Shown: one piece after another, positions 47,059 to 58,298 of the stretch
Position numbering within the stretch: position 1 is the first letter of the stretch
Layout of the letters: the number at the start of each line of letters is the position of its first letter
Source: Eremomyces bilateralis CBS 781.70
Lineage: Eukaryota
Reading direction: 5' to 3' (one strand)
DNA length: 64,000 nucleotides
Assembly (NCBI GenBank): GCA_010015585.1
Contig: ML975153.1
Notes under the pieces: generated by a model
What the model was told of the DNA's origin: nothing
Database searches by the model: none
What the model saw: only the letters and a program-made list of their open reading frames with translations
Translations under genes and position numbers: made by a program

Positions 47059-48156
47059 TCACGTGGGTCTCAGTATGATATTATCAATCAACCGAACCGT
47101 CCCGATTCCACCGCCCATCCCCGCATCTTCGCCGGATACGGGATCTTCAAGGGGCATCATCTTAATGGCGCCACTCAAAATGGCGCCTCTATCATCCACC
47201 GCATCGATTTCCTCCAGGGACTCGGGATCAGCAAGGCTGATGTAGTCCGCTTCGAATCGAGCTCGCTGCTCAGATGGAAGGGTATCCTGCCCCGCATGTC
47301 GTTCTTTCAACAACTCCCAAGCGGGACCTAGCAACTCATCACGAGTCCGCTTGCCCTTGAGGAATTGCTCCTCGGCCTTCATTAGTGCTTGGCTCAGGAC
47401 CACGGCGACACTCCGCCTTCTCGAACCCAGATAGATATTCCGACTCGACAGGGCCAGGCCGTCGACCTCTCTTTGTGTATCTCCAATGATCACATTGGTG
47501 TCAACGTGGAAGTCCTTTACCATTCTCTGGATCACCACGGTCTGCTGCACGTCCTTCTGACCGAAGTATACCCTCTCGGCCTTCACGATGTTAAACAGCT
47601 TCATACAGACCGTTGCAACTCCACGGAAGAACACCGGCCGGCTGGCGCCTTCCAGAACACTTCCAAGCGGACTGATTGTGACAAAGCTCCCAGAACCTCC
47701 GATCTCTTGGCTCGGAAACCCACTCGGATACATGACCTCCGTCGTCGGCGCAAACACCGCGACCACCCTCCCCGAGCCCGGTGTCGATGCCAGCTCTCGA
47801 TCCACGGCCTCTAATTTCTTCATATCCGAGTCCCACGTCGCCGGGTATGTGGAGAGATCCTCAGTCACTCCGAACTGAGTCGGGTTCACGTAGATGGAAA
47901 CGAAGACGGCGGGGTTCTGCGCTGCAGCGAGTCGGACGAGGGAGAGGTGGCCTTCGTGGAGAGCGCCCATAGTGGGCACCAATCCAACGGACTGGGAGGA
48001 GCGAGAGAATTGATTGCGGTAGGCCCGGAGGTCGGGGACGGTGCGGTGGACTTGGATGTCGGAGCGAAAGGAGGCTGAGGATTGGTATCGTAGTGCTGGA
48101 ATTTTAAGAAGTGTTAGCTTCAATTGCATCATACGAACCAGATTATGTCGAACCAT
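47059..48156 (-). CDS. PAN6: Pantoate-beta-alanine ligase (pantothenate synthetase)
   Basis: VGLVPTMGALHEGHLSL, SIYVNPTQF, LEGASRPVFFRGVATVCMKLF, YFGQKDVQQ, REVDGLALSSRN and RLIDNII. Start is uncertain (ATG 48156, 48132 or 48129), with a presequence-like N-terminus. Confidence 0.95.
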   Translation of the reverse strand: MVRHNLVRMMQLKLTLLKIPALRYQSSASFRSDIQVHRTVPDLRAYRNQFSRSSQSVGLVPTMGALHEGHLSLVRLAAAQNPAVFVSIYVNPTQFGVTEDLSTYPATWDSDMKKLEAVDRELASTPGSGRVVAVFAPTTEVMYPSGFPSQEIGGSGSFVTISPLGSVLEGASRPVFFRGVATVCMKLFNIVKAERVYFGQKDVQQTVVIQRMVKDFHVDTNVIIGDTQREVDGLALSSRNIYLGSRRRSVAVVLSQALMKAEEQFLKGKRTRDELLGPAWELLKERHAGQDTLPSEQRARFEADYISLADPESLEEIDAVDDRGAILSGAIKMMPLEDPVSGEDAGMGGGIGTVRLIDNIILRPT

Positions 48157-48646
48157 TCGGTGATATTTGCCGTCCCGCGACTCTGGCGTACGTAGGCGTT
48201 GTCGACGGCCCTGATGTGACACCGCCGATATTGGTGAACCTCCGCATTGCGGGGACATGTACGGAGGAATACTTCATCTTCTAACGGGGATTACGCAGCG
48301 TGATTCTGAGAAATGACACATACGGCGGAATTGACCATCTGCGAAGTCTTCCAATGAAGGAGACTCCGGGATGAAATGGAAAGGCCGCGGTATATAAAGG
48401 AATCCCTCGGATGAGCAGCCAGTTCTTAATTATTCGCAGGAGCTTCTATACTTGCATCTTGAGCTCTTCTAGTCCGCCGTGGCTATTGACCCGCACGTGA
48501 CCCACGTGAAAGTGGGGCGAAATCTTGGCAACTCTACCCTGTCATCGGGAAATTTTCGTGTTTTCATATTCTGGCTTTCTCACGATTTGATATTGCAGCA
48601 CCATAACTGCAGGAAATGTCATAGATCTCCGATAATCTACACAGCC

Positions 48647-51085
48647 ATGGCCGACGATGGCATGCTCCTTAATTTCGAGGTGGGCGATGGCCCTCTTGCG
48701 CCGGAAGCCAAGCTGAAAGGCGGAAACTGGAAAGCCCGCATGCAGGCGAGGAACGCGGAGAAGAGACGGACGTTTAATCGCTTCACGAGAGCATATGGAG
48801 GTGACGAATCGGCAGAAGGAGGTCTGGAGAAAAATGGTCCTGCCGATGCCTCCCAGAGGCCTGTTAAGCGGCAGAGAGTGGAGGAGCAGGGTTATGGTGA
48901 ACCGCGATATACGAAGCCCTCTGGGGGAACCGGACCTCACTTCCAAAGACCCGAGAAGGGCGCCCAAGGTTCGAAGCCATTTGTGGCGTCTCTATTTTCG
49001 TACAACCCTGCGAACGCGCCGCCCGTCCCAGCGGACAACACTTGCGATATTGCTCCCTCGAACGTCGAGGCATCGAATGCACCCCTCGATCCTGAGGCGT
49101 ATAACTTCATAAACCTTGGTGTCAGCCCGACCATTGCCGGACATCTGACAAAGAAGATGGAATTTAAAGCTCCGACGGCGGTGCAGAAGTCGGCAATCCC
49201 GAAGCTGCTGGAAGGTGATGCAGATGCTTTCATCCAAGCCGAGACGGGTTCGGGGAAGACTTTGGCATATCTGTTGCCTCTCGTCCAGAAGATCATGGAT
49301 CTGCAGGAGACACGCGGAACCGGCAATCTTTCACCTACAAAAGTCTCTCGCGATTCGGGACTCTTTGGTATCATCCTCGCACCCACTCGGGAGCTTTGTA
49401 AGCAGATCGCAACAGTTCTTGAAACACTCCTACGATGTGTCATATACATCGTTCCCGGGACAGTCTTCGGTGGAGAGAACAAGCAAAAGGAAAAATCCAG
49501 GCTTCGGAAAGGTCTGAACATCCTCGTAGCGACGCCGGGACGACTTATCGACCACTTGCAAAATACGAAGAGCTTGGATTTGAGCCTCGTCAGGTGGCTG
49601 GTGTTGGACGAAGGCGATCGATTGATGGAACTCGGGTTCGAAGATGATATCAAGCAGCTGTTGGGTCGCTTGGATGAGAACATGAGTGCCGGACAGTTTA
49701 AGGCCTCTCGATTTCAAAACCTGCCGCAGAAACGGACGACGATCCTCTGTTCTGCGACCATGAGGATGGATGTACAGCGATTGGGCGACATGAGTCTACG
49801 AGACGCGATCCATGTTCAAGCAGACAATTCGCAACCGCAAATTGATGGCGAGAACTCTGGATCCGACGGTGACAAGAAGGCTGTGGAAACCCAGTTCCTC
49901 GCGAATCGCCAGCTCAATCAGTCTTACCTTGTCACGCCTCCGAAGCTTCGGCTCGTATCGCTGGTAGCGCTGATCCGACGGGCACTCACACAGCGACCTC
50001 CGGCGAAGAAGATTATCGTCTTTATCTCCTGCGCAGACTCTGTCGATTTCCACTTCACCACCCTGACCATGCCTTCACTAGTCGGGATACCTCAAACTCA
50101 ACCCCCTTCTCATTCTCTTCCCGGCTCTGACACCACCTCCCTCCCTGCTGCTCTTCTCGCTCCTTCATCCACGGGTTCCTCGACCCCAGAAACACCCATT
50201 GTATTCCGATTGCACTCCTCCCTCCCACAATCCCTCCGTCAGAGCACCCTTACCGCATTCACCCGCACCACCACCCCCGCTATCCTCCTCACCACCGATC
50301 TCTCCTCCCGCGGCCTGGACCTCCCCATCGATCTCGTCGTCGAACTCGATGCCGCCGCCTCCCTCTCCGAGCACCTCCACCGTGTCGGCCGAACAGCTCG
50401 CGCCGGGCGCGAAGGCAAAGCTACCGTACTTCTCTCCCCCGGTCTCGAAGAAGGCTACGCTGAAGCGCTAAAAGGGTGCGTGCACAAAGACCTCGATACC
50501 GGCGTCGGCGTGCCGGTCCGGCGCGAGGAAGCAGAGGGGATCCTTTCAAGAGTGTTCTCCGTCCCGGACGCGAGCGGCGCGGGAGACAACGGGCCGAAGA
50601 AAACAAAAGCAAGCAAAGACGACTGGCGCACCCGCGCGACGGACCTGCAGATGTACATCGAGCGATGGATTGCGGCGGACACCAAGGCACACGAGCTGGC
50701 CATCCGCGCGTTCCAGAGCCACGTGCGCGCGTACTCGACGCACGTGGCGAGCGAGCGGAAGTGGTTCGATGTGAAGGATCTGCATTTGGGCCATGCGGCG
50801 AAGGCATTTGGAGTGCGGGAGGCGCCAGGGAATATGAATATGAAGGGGATGAGAGGGAAGAAGAATGGGAAGGGTGCTCCACCGAGGACTTTTGACAAAG
50901 ATGGAGGGAAGGCGAGGGGGAAGGATGTGGATAGGGAAGCGTCTGAGGTGGATAGCGGGAAAAGGCAGAGAGATGATGGGGGTGGCGATGGGATGGGCCA
51001 GGCGGATGTGGGTGAGGCGAAGAGGAAGATGAGGAAGACAATGAATGCCATGATGGCTGGGGCTTCCGAGTTCAATTTAGGATAG
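48647..51085 (+). CDS. DBP7: DEAD-box RNA helicase for 60S biogenesis
   Basis: MADDGMLLNF N-terminus, AETGSGKT, PTREL, KEKSRLRKGLNILVATPGRL, LDEGDRL (DEGD variant), SAT, HRVGRTAR, LHLGHAAKAFG and C-terminal ASEFNLG. Intronless. Confidence 0.95.
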   Translation: MADDGMLLNFEVGDGPLAPEAKLKGGNWKARMQARNAEKRRTFNRFTRAYGGDESAEGGLEKNGPADASQRPVKRQRVEEQGYGEPRYTKPSGGTGPHFQRPEKGAQGSKPFVASLFSYNPANAPPVPADNTCDIAPSNVEASNAPLDPEAYNFINLGVSPTIAGHLTKKMEFKAPTAVQKSAIPKLLEGDADAFIQAETGSGKTLAYLLPLVQKIMDLQETRGTGNLSPTKVSRDSGLFGIILAPTRELCKQIATVLETLLRCVIYIVPGTVFGGENKQKEKSRLRKGLNILVATPGRLIDHLQNTKSLDLSLVRWLVLDEGDRLMELGFEDDIKQLLGRLDENMSAGQFKASRFQNLPQKRTTILCSATMRMDVQRLGDMSLRDAIHVQADNSQPQIDGENSGSDGDKKAVETQFLANRQLNQSYLVTPPKLRLVSLVALIRRALTQRPPAKKIIVFISCADSVDFHFTTLTMPSLVGIPQTQPPSHSLPGSDTTSLPAALLAPSSTGSSTPETPIVFRLHSSLPQSLRQSTLTAFTRTTTPAILLTTDLSSRGLDLPIDLVVELDAAASLSEHLHRVGRTARAGREGKATVLLSPGLEEGYAEALKGCVHKDLDTGVGVPVRREEAEGILSRVFSVPDASGAGDNGPKKTKASKDDWRTRATDLQMYIERWIAADTKAHELAIRAFQSHVRAYSTHVASERKWFDVKDLHLGHAAKAFGVREAPGNMNMKGMRGKKNGKGAPPRTFDKDGGKARGKDVDREASEVDSGKRQRDDGGGDGMGQADVGEAKRKMRKTMNAMMAGASEFNLG

Positions 51086-51191
51086 AGGGGGAAAGTGCGA
51101 CGAAGGTCGTGAGCCGCAACCCCAACAATGCGTAATCTATTCATTGATATCATTCCACACTAAGTCCCATCTATTATCTAGTACGTTTGTG

Positions 51192-53704
51192 CTAGTATAT
51201 CTCCCACAAACTCACCCTTCCATCCTTTCCTCCCACCGCAACCCAATGCATGCCTTTCGCCCTCTCACCCCTCCGCTCTCTCACCATACCCCTCCTAACC
51301 GATGTCTTCTTCTCGCTCCTCATCACTACCCCACCACTTCTATCAGTCTCATTTCTAGATAACACCATCCCCTGATCACCGCTTAAGCCCTCCTGTTTTG
51401 ATCCTCCCCCCTCCCCGCCATTGGTTTGCAGAGTAAGCCCTGCGAAATCCAGCGCATAAAGCCCCTGCGCCACCTTCGTCGACAACCCCGTGTGTTTCAG
51501 CACCGCGACTTCGGCGAGCGTGCTCGCAGAATAGACACGAGCGCGTCCGTCCCAGCCGGCGGTCGCGAGGATGAGACCGTCGGAGCGGACGCGGAGGTTT
51601 TGTTGCCCGGGGTGGTGGGTGGAGGCTGTTTGAAGCGGGGAAGTTTTGAGGGGTGTGGAGATTGCGGCCTGCTTAGAGGACGAAATGAGTTGAGAGAGTC
51701 CAGAGGGCGGATTTGACAAGGGTGGAGAATGAGAACGGGGTAGAGGGTCCGCGGATGAAGTCGCAGTGGTGGATGAATATGTTGGGGACGGGAGTGGATG
51801 AGCTACGAGCTTGTCGTCGGCGCTCGAGGTGTAGTAGATTGGATGGATTGGAGATATGTCGAGAGAAAGGATGGGTTGGGAATGTGGACAGGAGGAATAC
51901 ACCTCCTTCCAGGTGAGTGACGTATCAGACCAGGGGAATCCTGCTGTTTCTTTGCTGTGTGATGGAGATTCGGTTGATCGAATTTGAGCCTCATTTTCAG
52001 TCCCCACTCTCGAGTTCTGCTGTAGCGGAAACTGATCCATTTCCCGGTTGTCGGGGCCGAGTGTTGAACGTGCCAAGTCGTCGACTGTCGGTGGGGAGGA
52101 TGCATCCATTGCTGGTGGTGTTGGGGTACACTCATGACCAACGAAAACGCTCGTTCGACCAGACTCATACCCGACAATGATAACGAGACTAACAGAGGGG
52201 TAGTGTCGATAACGTAGGCTCTCGCTCTCCTGATGTGGTTCCGTATCATGCAAGTTTTGCGAGTCCTTCCACTCGGAAGTTGAAGGCAGGCGCTCCTTAT
52301 CCAAATTTTCCGATGTTGCGGCTGCAGGTGAGAATTTCGTGGGGCCACAGTGTTGAGATCGGGGAGACTTCTCAGACAAACGAGGCATGATATGCACGGC
52401 CATGACCATCCCTACAGCGCTGAGCGTTAGATACGTGGACTATCGTTTAAACAGGAGGCAAGTTTCGAAGTAGTCATGTATGGCTTGGAGCAATTTCCAA
52501 AAACGAAGGACTGGTTTAACATTGCGATGACAAGGAAAAAATTGAGAAAGCAACCGATTGCCATCCATGTTATTTTCAGTTGTATTTCAAGAGACAGAAG
52601 ATAACGACTTAGAAGTAGGGGATGTCATCTAGTGTAGGAATTTTCGTAGAATCCAAAGGTATTTTACCACACGTGGATGCGAGGGTTTGTATGGGATGGT
52701 GGAAATAACGGTGAAATATGAACCGATATAATGATAATATGATGGACGTACCTGTCTTCCCTATGTTGCTTCCTGGCACAGTTGAAACCACTCGTTGAGA
52801 CGGCAGATGAGAAATCTGCACCTCACCCTCCTTCTGTCCTGGAATGGCTACGAGAGCCTCTTCGGACGGTAACGAGGTCGGGTGAGAATCCAGTCCCTGT
52901 ACGCGGCCCGGCACCGTAGAGCCTCTTGGAATTCCATATAAGGAGAAGGCGCAGAAGTTCAGTGAAGGTACGCCAAGCGAGTAGAGCAGCCACGGGGACT
53001 TGTGCTCCTCCGATGAAGTGGTTTCCGTGGGTAATACTTTGGATAAATTGGGCTCGTCCTCCTTTCTGAGCTGCCATACTCGGATACGGGAATCTCTTCC
53101 GTGACTGTTGCGTGGATGGTTAGTGTGTTGAGCTGCAAACGATTGGTCGTTCGAGGTATGTAGGAATCCCCTAGTTCATTTTGACAAAGAGAAAAAATAC
53201 GAGGAAATTTGACATTGAGCTTAATTGTATGACAGCATTGACGTGAAGGCATGACGATGTGAAAAACAGGGGTAATTCGGGCTAAATATCCAAAACCTAT
53301 CCATGATGGGTTGGATAAGAGTAGATTTGTAACGAAAACCGGAATAACGAGATCGAAACAACAACAATAAACGTGAAATTCCCTCAAACATACGTGATGA
53401 TCCTCTCACAGCCCCATGGGTCCAATCCGAGGATTGAGCCCTCGTGCGCTTTCCATACCGCAGTTGCGCGTTTGGTAGCTAGGTCCCAGGAAACCACCCA
53501 CCCGTCGGCATCCCCTGACAGGAGCCGTTCATTGCTCCGAATGAACCGAACGCAGTGGGTGGCAGCCGTATGACCACGAAATATGTACGCGGGTTGCGGC
53601 GGTGGTAGTGGTTGTCCGCCGATGTCAGTGGATGTAGTTGTTCTCTCGCCGAGTGGAGATTGTGGTGGTAGTTTTTGACGAGGTTCTAGATGCGAGGCAT
53701 ACAT
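51192..53704 (-). CDS. ASA1: WD40 protein, ASTRA-associated protein 1
   Basis: PQPAYIFRGH..LLSGDADGWVVSWDL..WKAHEGSIL..T|HGRDSRIRVWQL..PWLLYSL..LNFCAFS..TG|MVMAV..GYESG..HSQPILSL..RSDGLILATAGWDGRARVYS..WVAVGGKDGRVSLWEIY. Introns 53393-53105 and 52751-52412. Confidence 0.88.
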
Positions 53705-55411
53705 CTTCGTGCGGATATGATGGCGGAAATGTGGTCCGGTATATGGGACGGGAAGTGCAGCCCTGTAGGAACTAAAGCGAAGGGGGGTGGCTCGGAGCAC
53801 ACGGAACGAAGTCAGGTAAAATGACCTTCCGAAGATGGAGGTTCTCCGTTCGGCTTGGAAGATTCTAGTTCAAGATTCCGATGATTGCGGCACTAGCTTA
53901 GGGGCAAATCGTGCGGTCCTGGTCCTGGTCCTGGTCGAACCTGAGATAGGACGATAGGACGATATAGGGGTAGATGTAGCCAAGAGCAAGGAAGAAACGA
54001 GTAGGCCCATAGAATTAGACCGGCGCAAATAACTCCGTACTAAACCTAAAGTTAGTAAACGGTTGATCGAGGTTGAAACATATGCGGAAGAGTAAAAATC
54101 CTGAAACTATGTTCTAGAAGCAATCGAAGGGTGAGGTGCCGTCGATATAGCAAAATCGTTGCACTGATGAACCATCACAGCCTCATCGATAGCCCATGTG
54201 TGGACAGCGCAAGCCTTCTATCGCAGCCTGACAGCCAAATCGGCTATTGGATGAATACTTTGGGGGCCATATAAGGATGCAGCGATTGGCAGTCTTGTCC
54301 ATCTCGATATATTAAAGAGCCCGATATCCATGCACTGAGAGCCCTGAGAGGAAAGACTCCCTGACCAGAATTTTCCAGAACTTTAAGTTCTAACGCCTGG
54401 TCTGGGAAGCATCAACTATGACTGTGAACAAGATAGGAATGGAAAGTCGTCTCTTCCACGTGCTTCAAGAAGCAGCCGCAACGCGCTTAGTATACACGTA
54501 TGTGCAAGTCGTCGCGAACCTCAATATAGCCTCCCCTATTTCAATATTGAAGTAGAGCGGCTGTGTCCAGATTCTTCCATAACGAGGAGGAAAGGTAATG
54601 ACTATATCAAGACACCAGATTGCTCAATGGAGTTGCGACGACGGACAACATCAATACTGGATATCGGCATTCGCTTGATCCGTTCCTCCGTAGACCTTCC
54701 CGTTTATTTCTTTTCCAAGGGCGCCACGGCTTGACACCCAGCTCTTTTGACCGCGTGGCGTCTGGCATTTTGGACTCTCCAGGATAGATATTGGAGAATT
54801 TGGAAGCAAGGAAAGACACAGACGTACCTTACCGATCCCTTCAATTGACTTCTGTTCCCGAGGCCGCCAGGCGCGCCGTTAGCCGTCCGTCTTCCAGCGA
54901 TTCTGCAGACGAATAAATATTGGTTTCTCTTCTACCCAGAAGCCCAAACCCTGTTGTCCGAGGATTCAAGGATCAGGTAATACAGGATCTTAATTGATCT
55001 GCTGGTAACTTTAGGCGAATAGATCGACAGAACTGACAGCCAGAACCCTGAACCGCCACCATTTGCCAGTTGCCAGTTCCCAATATTAGCGCATCTCAGC
55101 CATCCACTCACCACTGATCCACTCTAGACTGTTGCCTCATCGTCTGCTCTGTCAGAGAGACCGCCTTACCTACAGTACCACATCCCTTTCCACATCTACT
55201 CCTCCCCCTCTTCCACAAGCCGCCTCCATAACGCTCCGGTCATATTTATATAATACGCGCCGCGAATACGATTGCGATCAATCCATTGCCAAGTCCGCAG
55301 CTCACTTAGTCGAGCGTACCTTTGCAACACAGGAAGAACAGCCGTCTACCACGACCGTGTGATCCCTAACCTCAAGCAGCCAGCGGAATACGCTGCTCTG
55401 CGGTGACTGTG

Positions 55412-55539
55412 ATGCCTCCTTTACGCGCATGACCTCTCCAACCGCGTTCGTACCCTACCCAAGAAAGGATTTCTTACGAGATTGTCGCATGGAGTATCCG
55501 CAGGGCTTTGAGTCATCTGCTGCGTTCGACGCTCCTTAA
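55412..55539 (+). promoter_or_regulatory. Candidate uORFs in the leader of the Zn2Cys6 gene
   Basis: TATTTATATAAT at about 55243. ATG 55412 opens a 6-codon ORF. ATG 55429-TAA 55539 encodes MTSPTAFVPYPRKDFLRDCRMEYPQGFESSAAFDAP. The main ATG is at 55970. Confidence 0.3.
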
Positions 55540-55969
55540 TGATACTGCAGAGAAGGTGTCCCAATATTCGAAAGAAGGACCCAATTCATTCTGAGCACGA
55601 GAGCCTGGAATATAGTTGTTAAAACATTTCATTTCAAGCGGACGACCCCGACCCGTCTACAACGGCTCATTAGTCCCACGATACGAATATATACTCCCTG
55701 TCCTATTCACGGTGGCTACAACATACGAACAACGAGGGCTCTCGATCGGTCTTAGGACATACACCCTTCTTGAACGATTCAGGAATTTCTATACCGCCTA
55801 TATCCGATCCCGCGCTCGTGGGCGACCTTCCAAATACGGACCCAACTCTGTCGGATACACTCAGCCAGCGACCTTCCAGTTCGGCATCCAGCTCGCACCG
55901 GGCCTCCAATCGAAGTCGCCATAAGGGAAGGTGGCGGAACAGACGGGCAGCGGTGCCATCCGGACCTCC

Positions 55970-58298
55970 ATGTCCGGGGGAGAGGATAACAAAGCGAGCG
56001 TCGGCCTCCAGATACTGCAACAGCCCGCCGACCCCAATGCCAACAAGTCCCGGCGGGTGCGGACGGGCTGCTTGACCTGTCGCGAACGGCACCTCAAATG
56101 TGACGAGACAATTCCGATCTGTCTCAACTGCAAGAAGAGTCAACGACAATGCAAGTACGGGGTGAAGTTGAACTTCATCGACACAAGCGTATCGGCGCCA
56201 CCAATCGTCGCAAACGCCCACGATTGGACTGTTAGCTTCGTCGACGAGAGCCGACTGATCGCAAGCGAGTATAAAGGCGGGGAAGGGAGATATGCGCCTC
56301 TGGAAGACAAGAAGCGCCTCGTACCGAATGTCGACTCAGAGATATCCTTCCAATACTCGGTTACAGCCCCCCCGCCTGTGCCGGTGCTCGAGCACAGTGC
56401 TTTGCCGCCGATGATGCTCCCCGAAACCTATCCCGACGACACATCTGGAGTGATGTTTGAGCGAAGGGATGGGCAACACGGACACGGTCACAGTCATACA
56501 CATTCGATAGCGGATTCGGCGTACGGGGGCTCTACGGGAGGTGTCGCTTCATCATATAGCGCGCATGACCCCAACCCGAGCGCCGAGGGAAGGAGAGATT
56601 ATCTGAACACTCAAGAGGAAGTCCTTTTTATGCAGGTGTTCGTCGAGGAGGTCGGAATCTGGATGGACAGTATGGATCCTCACAAACACGTAAGTGGACA
56701 TCCAACTTCGTTTTTGGGACATTTTCTCATCGGCTCTAGTTCTCGCGGTTGCTCCCTTTCCACGCATTATCAGAACCAATGCTTCTAAACGCCTTTCTTG
56801 CCTGCGGTGCACGGCACCTTTCCCTGGTAAATGAGAAATATAACGAAGACAAAGCCCTTTCTTATTATGACACTGCCACCCGCTACCTTCTAAATGCGCT
56901 GCAAAACCCCGCTCGCGATGTGGTAATCTGTGCCACCACCGCCGTCATTCTAAACGTTTACGAGATCATGTGCGAGCGAGCTTTGCAGCGGATGAATCAC
57001 ATCGCCGGAGCCCGTGCCCTGATCAAAGAGTGCGGATGGAATGCACGGTCGACCGGCATCGGCGCCGCCTGCTTCTGGCTCAATGTCGGCATGGAATTGC
57101 TCTCCTGTCTCCATTTCAACTGGCAAGTTGCCTGGGATCCGGACGACTGGGGTGTCGACATGGATTTCTCCCACGAGAATCCCGTCAACACCGACCAAGG
57201 ACGCGAAGAGCTGTGGACGTACCGAATCATGTACATCATCGGGAAAACCGCCAATTTCCGCGCCACGATCCCACGGAAAGCGGAAGCGTCGCCGAGTGAC
57301 GAGCAAATGCGGACGCAGAGGCGGTATGCGGAATGGGAGCGACTAAGGGATTGGGCAGAGGGCTGGAACAAGAGCGTCCCGCGGAGCATGCATCCAATGG
57401 GATACCTCTATCCATATCAGACCATGGCTCAGAGCGTCTTCCCCGAGGTGTGGCTGATCAAGCGAACAGCGATCGTGGCGAGGCTGTTCTATCATACGAC
57501 GATGTTATTATTGGGACAGGTGAACCCCCTGGTCCTCGCGAATTCTGCGAGTCCGCAGGAATTGGAGGATATGCACAACATGGTGCGACAGCACAGCGTA
57601 ATGATCTGCGGCATAACTGCGCATGTCAAAGATCGGTGAGTCCAGATCTCGTTTCACTTGCTTTCCACTACCACTGCTCCCCCCCGCGATCCCAAACCAC
57701 TAACCCTCCATGCAGCGGCGTCGCTTCCGTCGGTCTCCGCTCCCTCGCCATCGCCGCCGAAACCCTCACCGACCGCCGCGAACAAGAAGAAGTCCTCCAC
57801 ATCTTCGACCGCATCCGCCAAGAAACCGGCTGGCGCATCGGCTTCGTGCAGAAGGAACTACGCGAGAAATGGGCCTGGGACGAACCCCTCCACCTCGCCG
57901 CCGAAATCATGCCCACCCCGCCCTCCATGCAGCCGTTCAATTCGCATTCCATGAGCGCCCTCGGCGCACAGCCGACGAGCGTCCCCAGCGCCGCTCCGTT
58001 GCCGACGAGGGGGCATAGTCCCGGAAGACCGCTTGGTGCGGTGCCGGTGACAAGCGCACCGGCTCCAGCGCCGCCGCCCGCGCAGGCGAGGAGGAAGCCG
58101 CCGAGTGGGATCTTGAATCCGCTGCTGGCGACGGCGGATTTCAGCCTAGCGCAGCATCCGTATCAGTCGGTGTATGTCCCGGCGATCACGATGCCGGGGC
58201 AACCGGGTGGGGCGACGCTGGGACACGGGCTCACCCATGGACCGGTGCCGCCGTTTGCATTTGATCGGGCGGGTGGAGGGTGGGATCGGGTGTTGTGA
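55970..58298 (+). CDS. Zn(II)2Cys6 transcription factor with fungal-specific middle homology region
   Basis: RVRTGCLTCRERHLKCDETIPICLNCKKSQRQC. Introns 56690-56739 and 57636-57715 join FMQVFVEEVGIWMDSMD..LLNAFLACGARHL..GWRIGFV. Confidence 0.93.

Noticed and set aside
49600..49625. DEGD instead of DEAD in the helicase
   Set aside because: This is a normal feature of the Dbp7 subfamily.
53915..53965. GTCCTG x3 and GATAGGAC x2 micro-repeats upstream of ASA1
   Set aside because: These are short slippage-type repeats with no spacers or other structure, and are not CRISPR-like.
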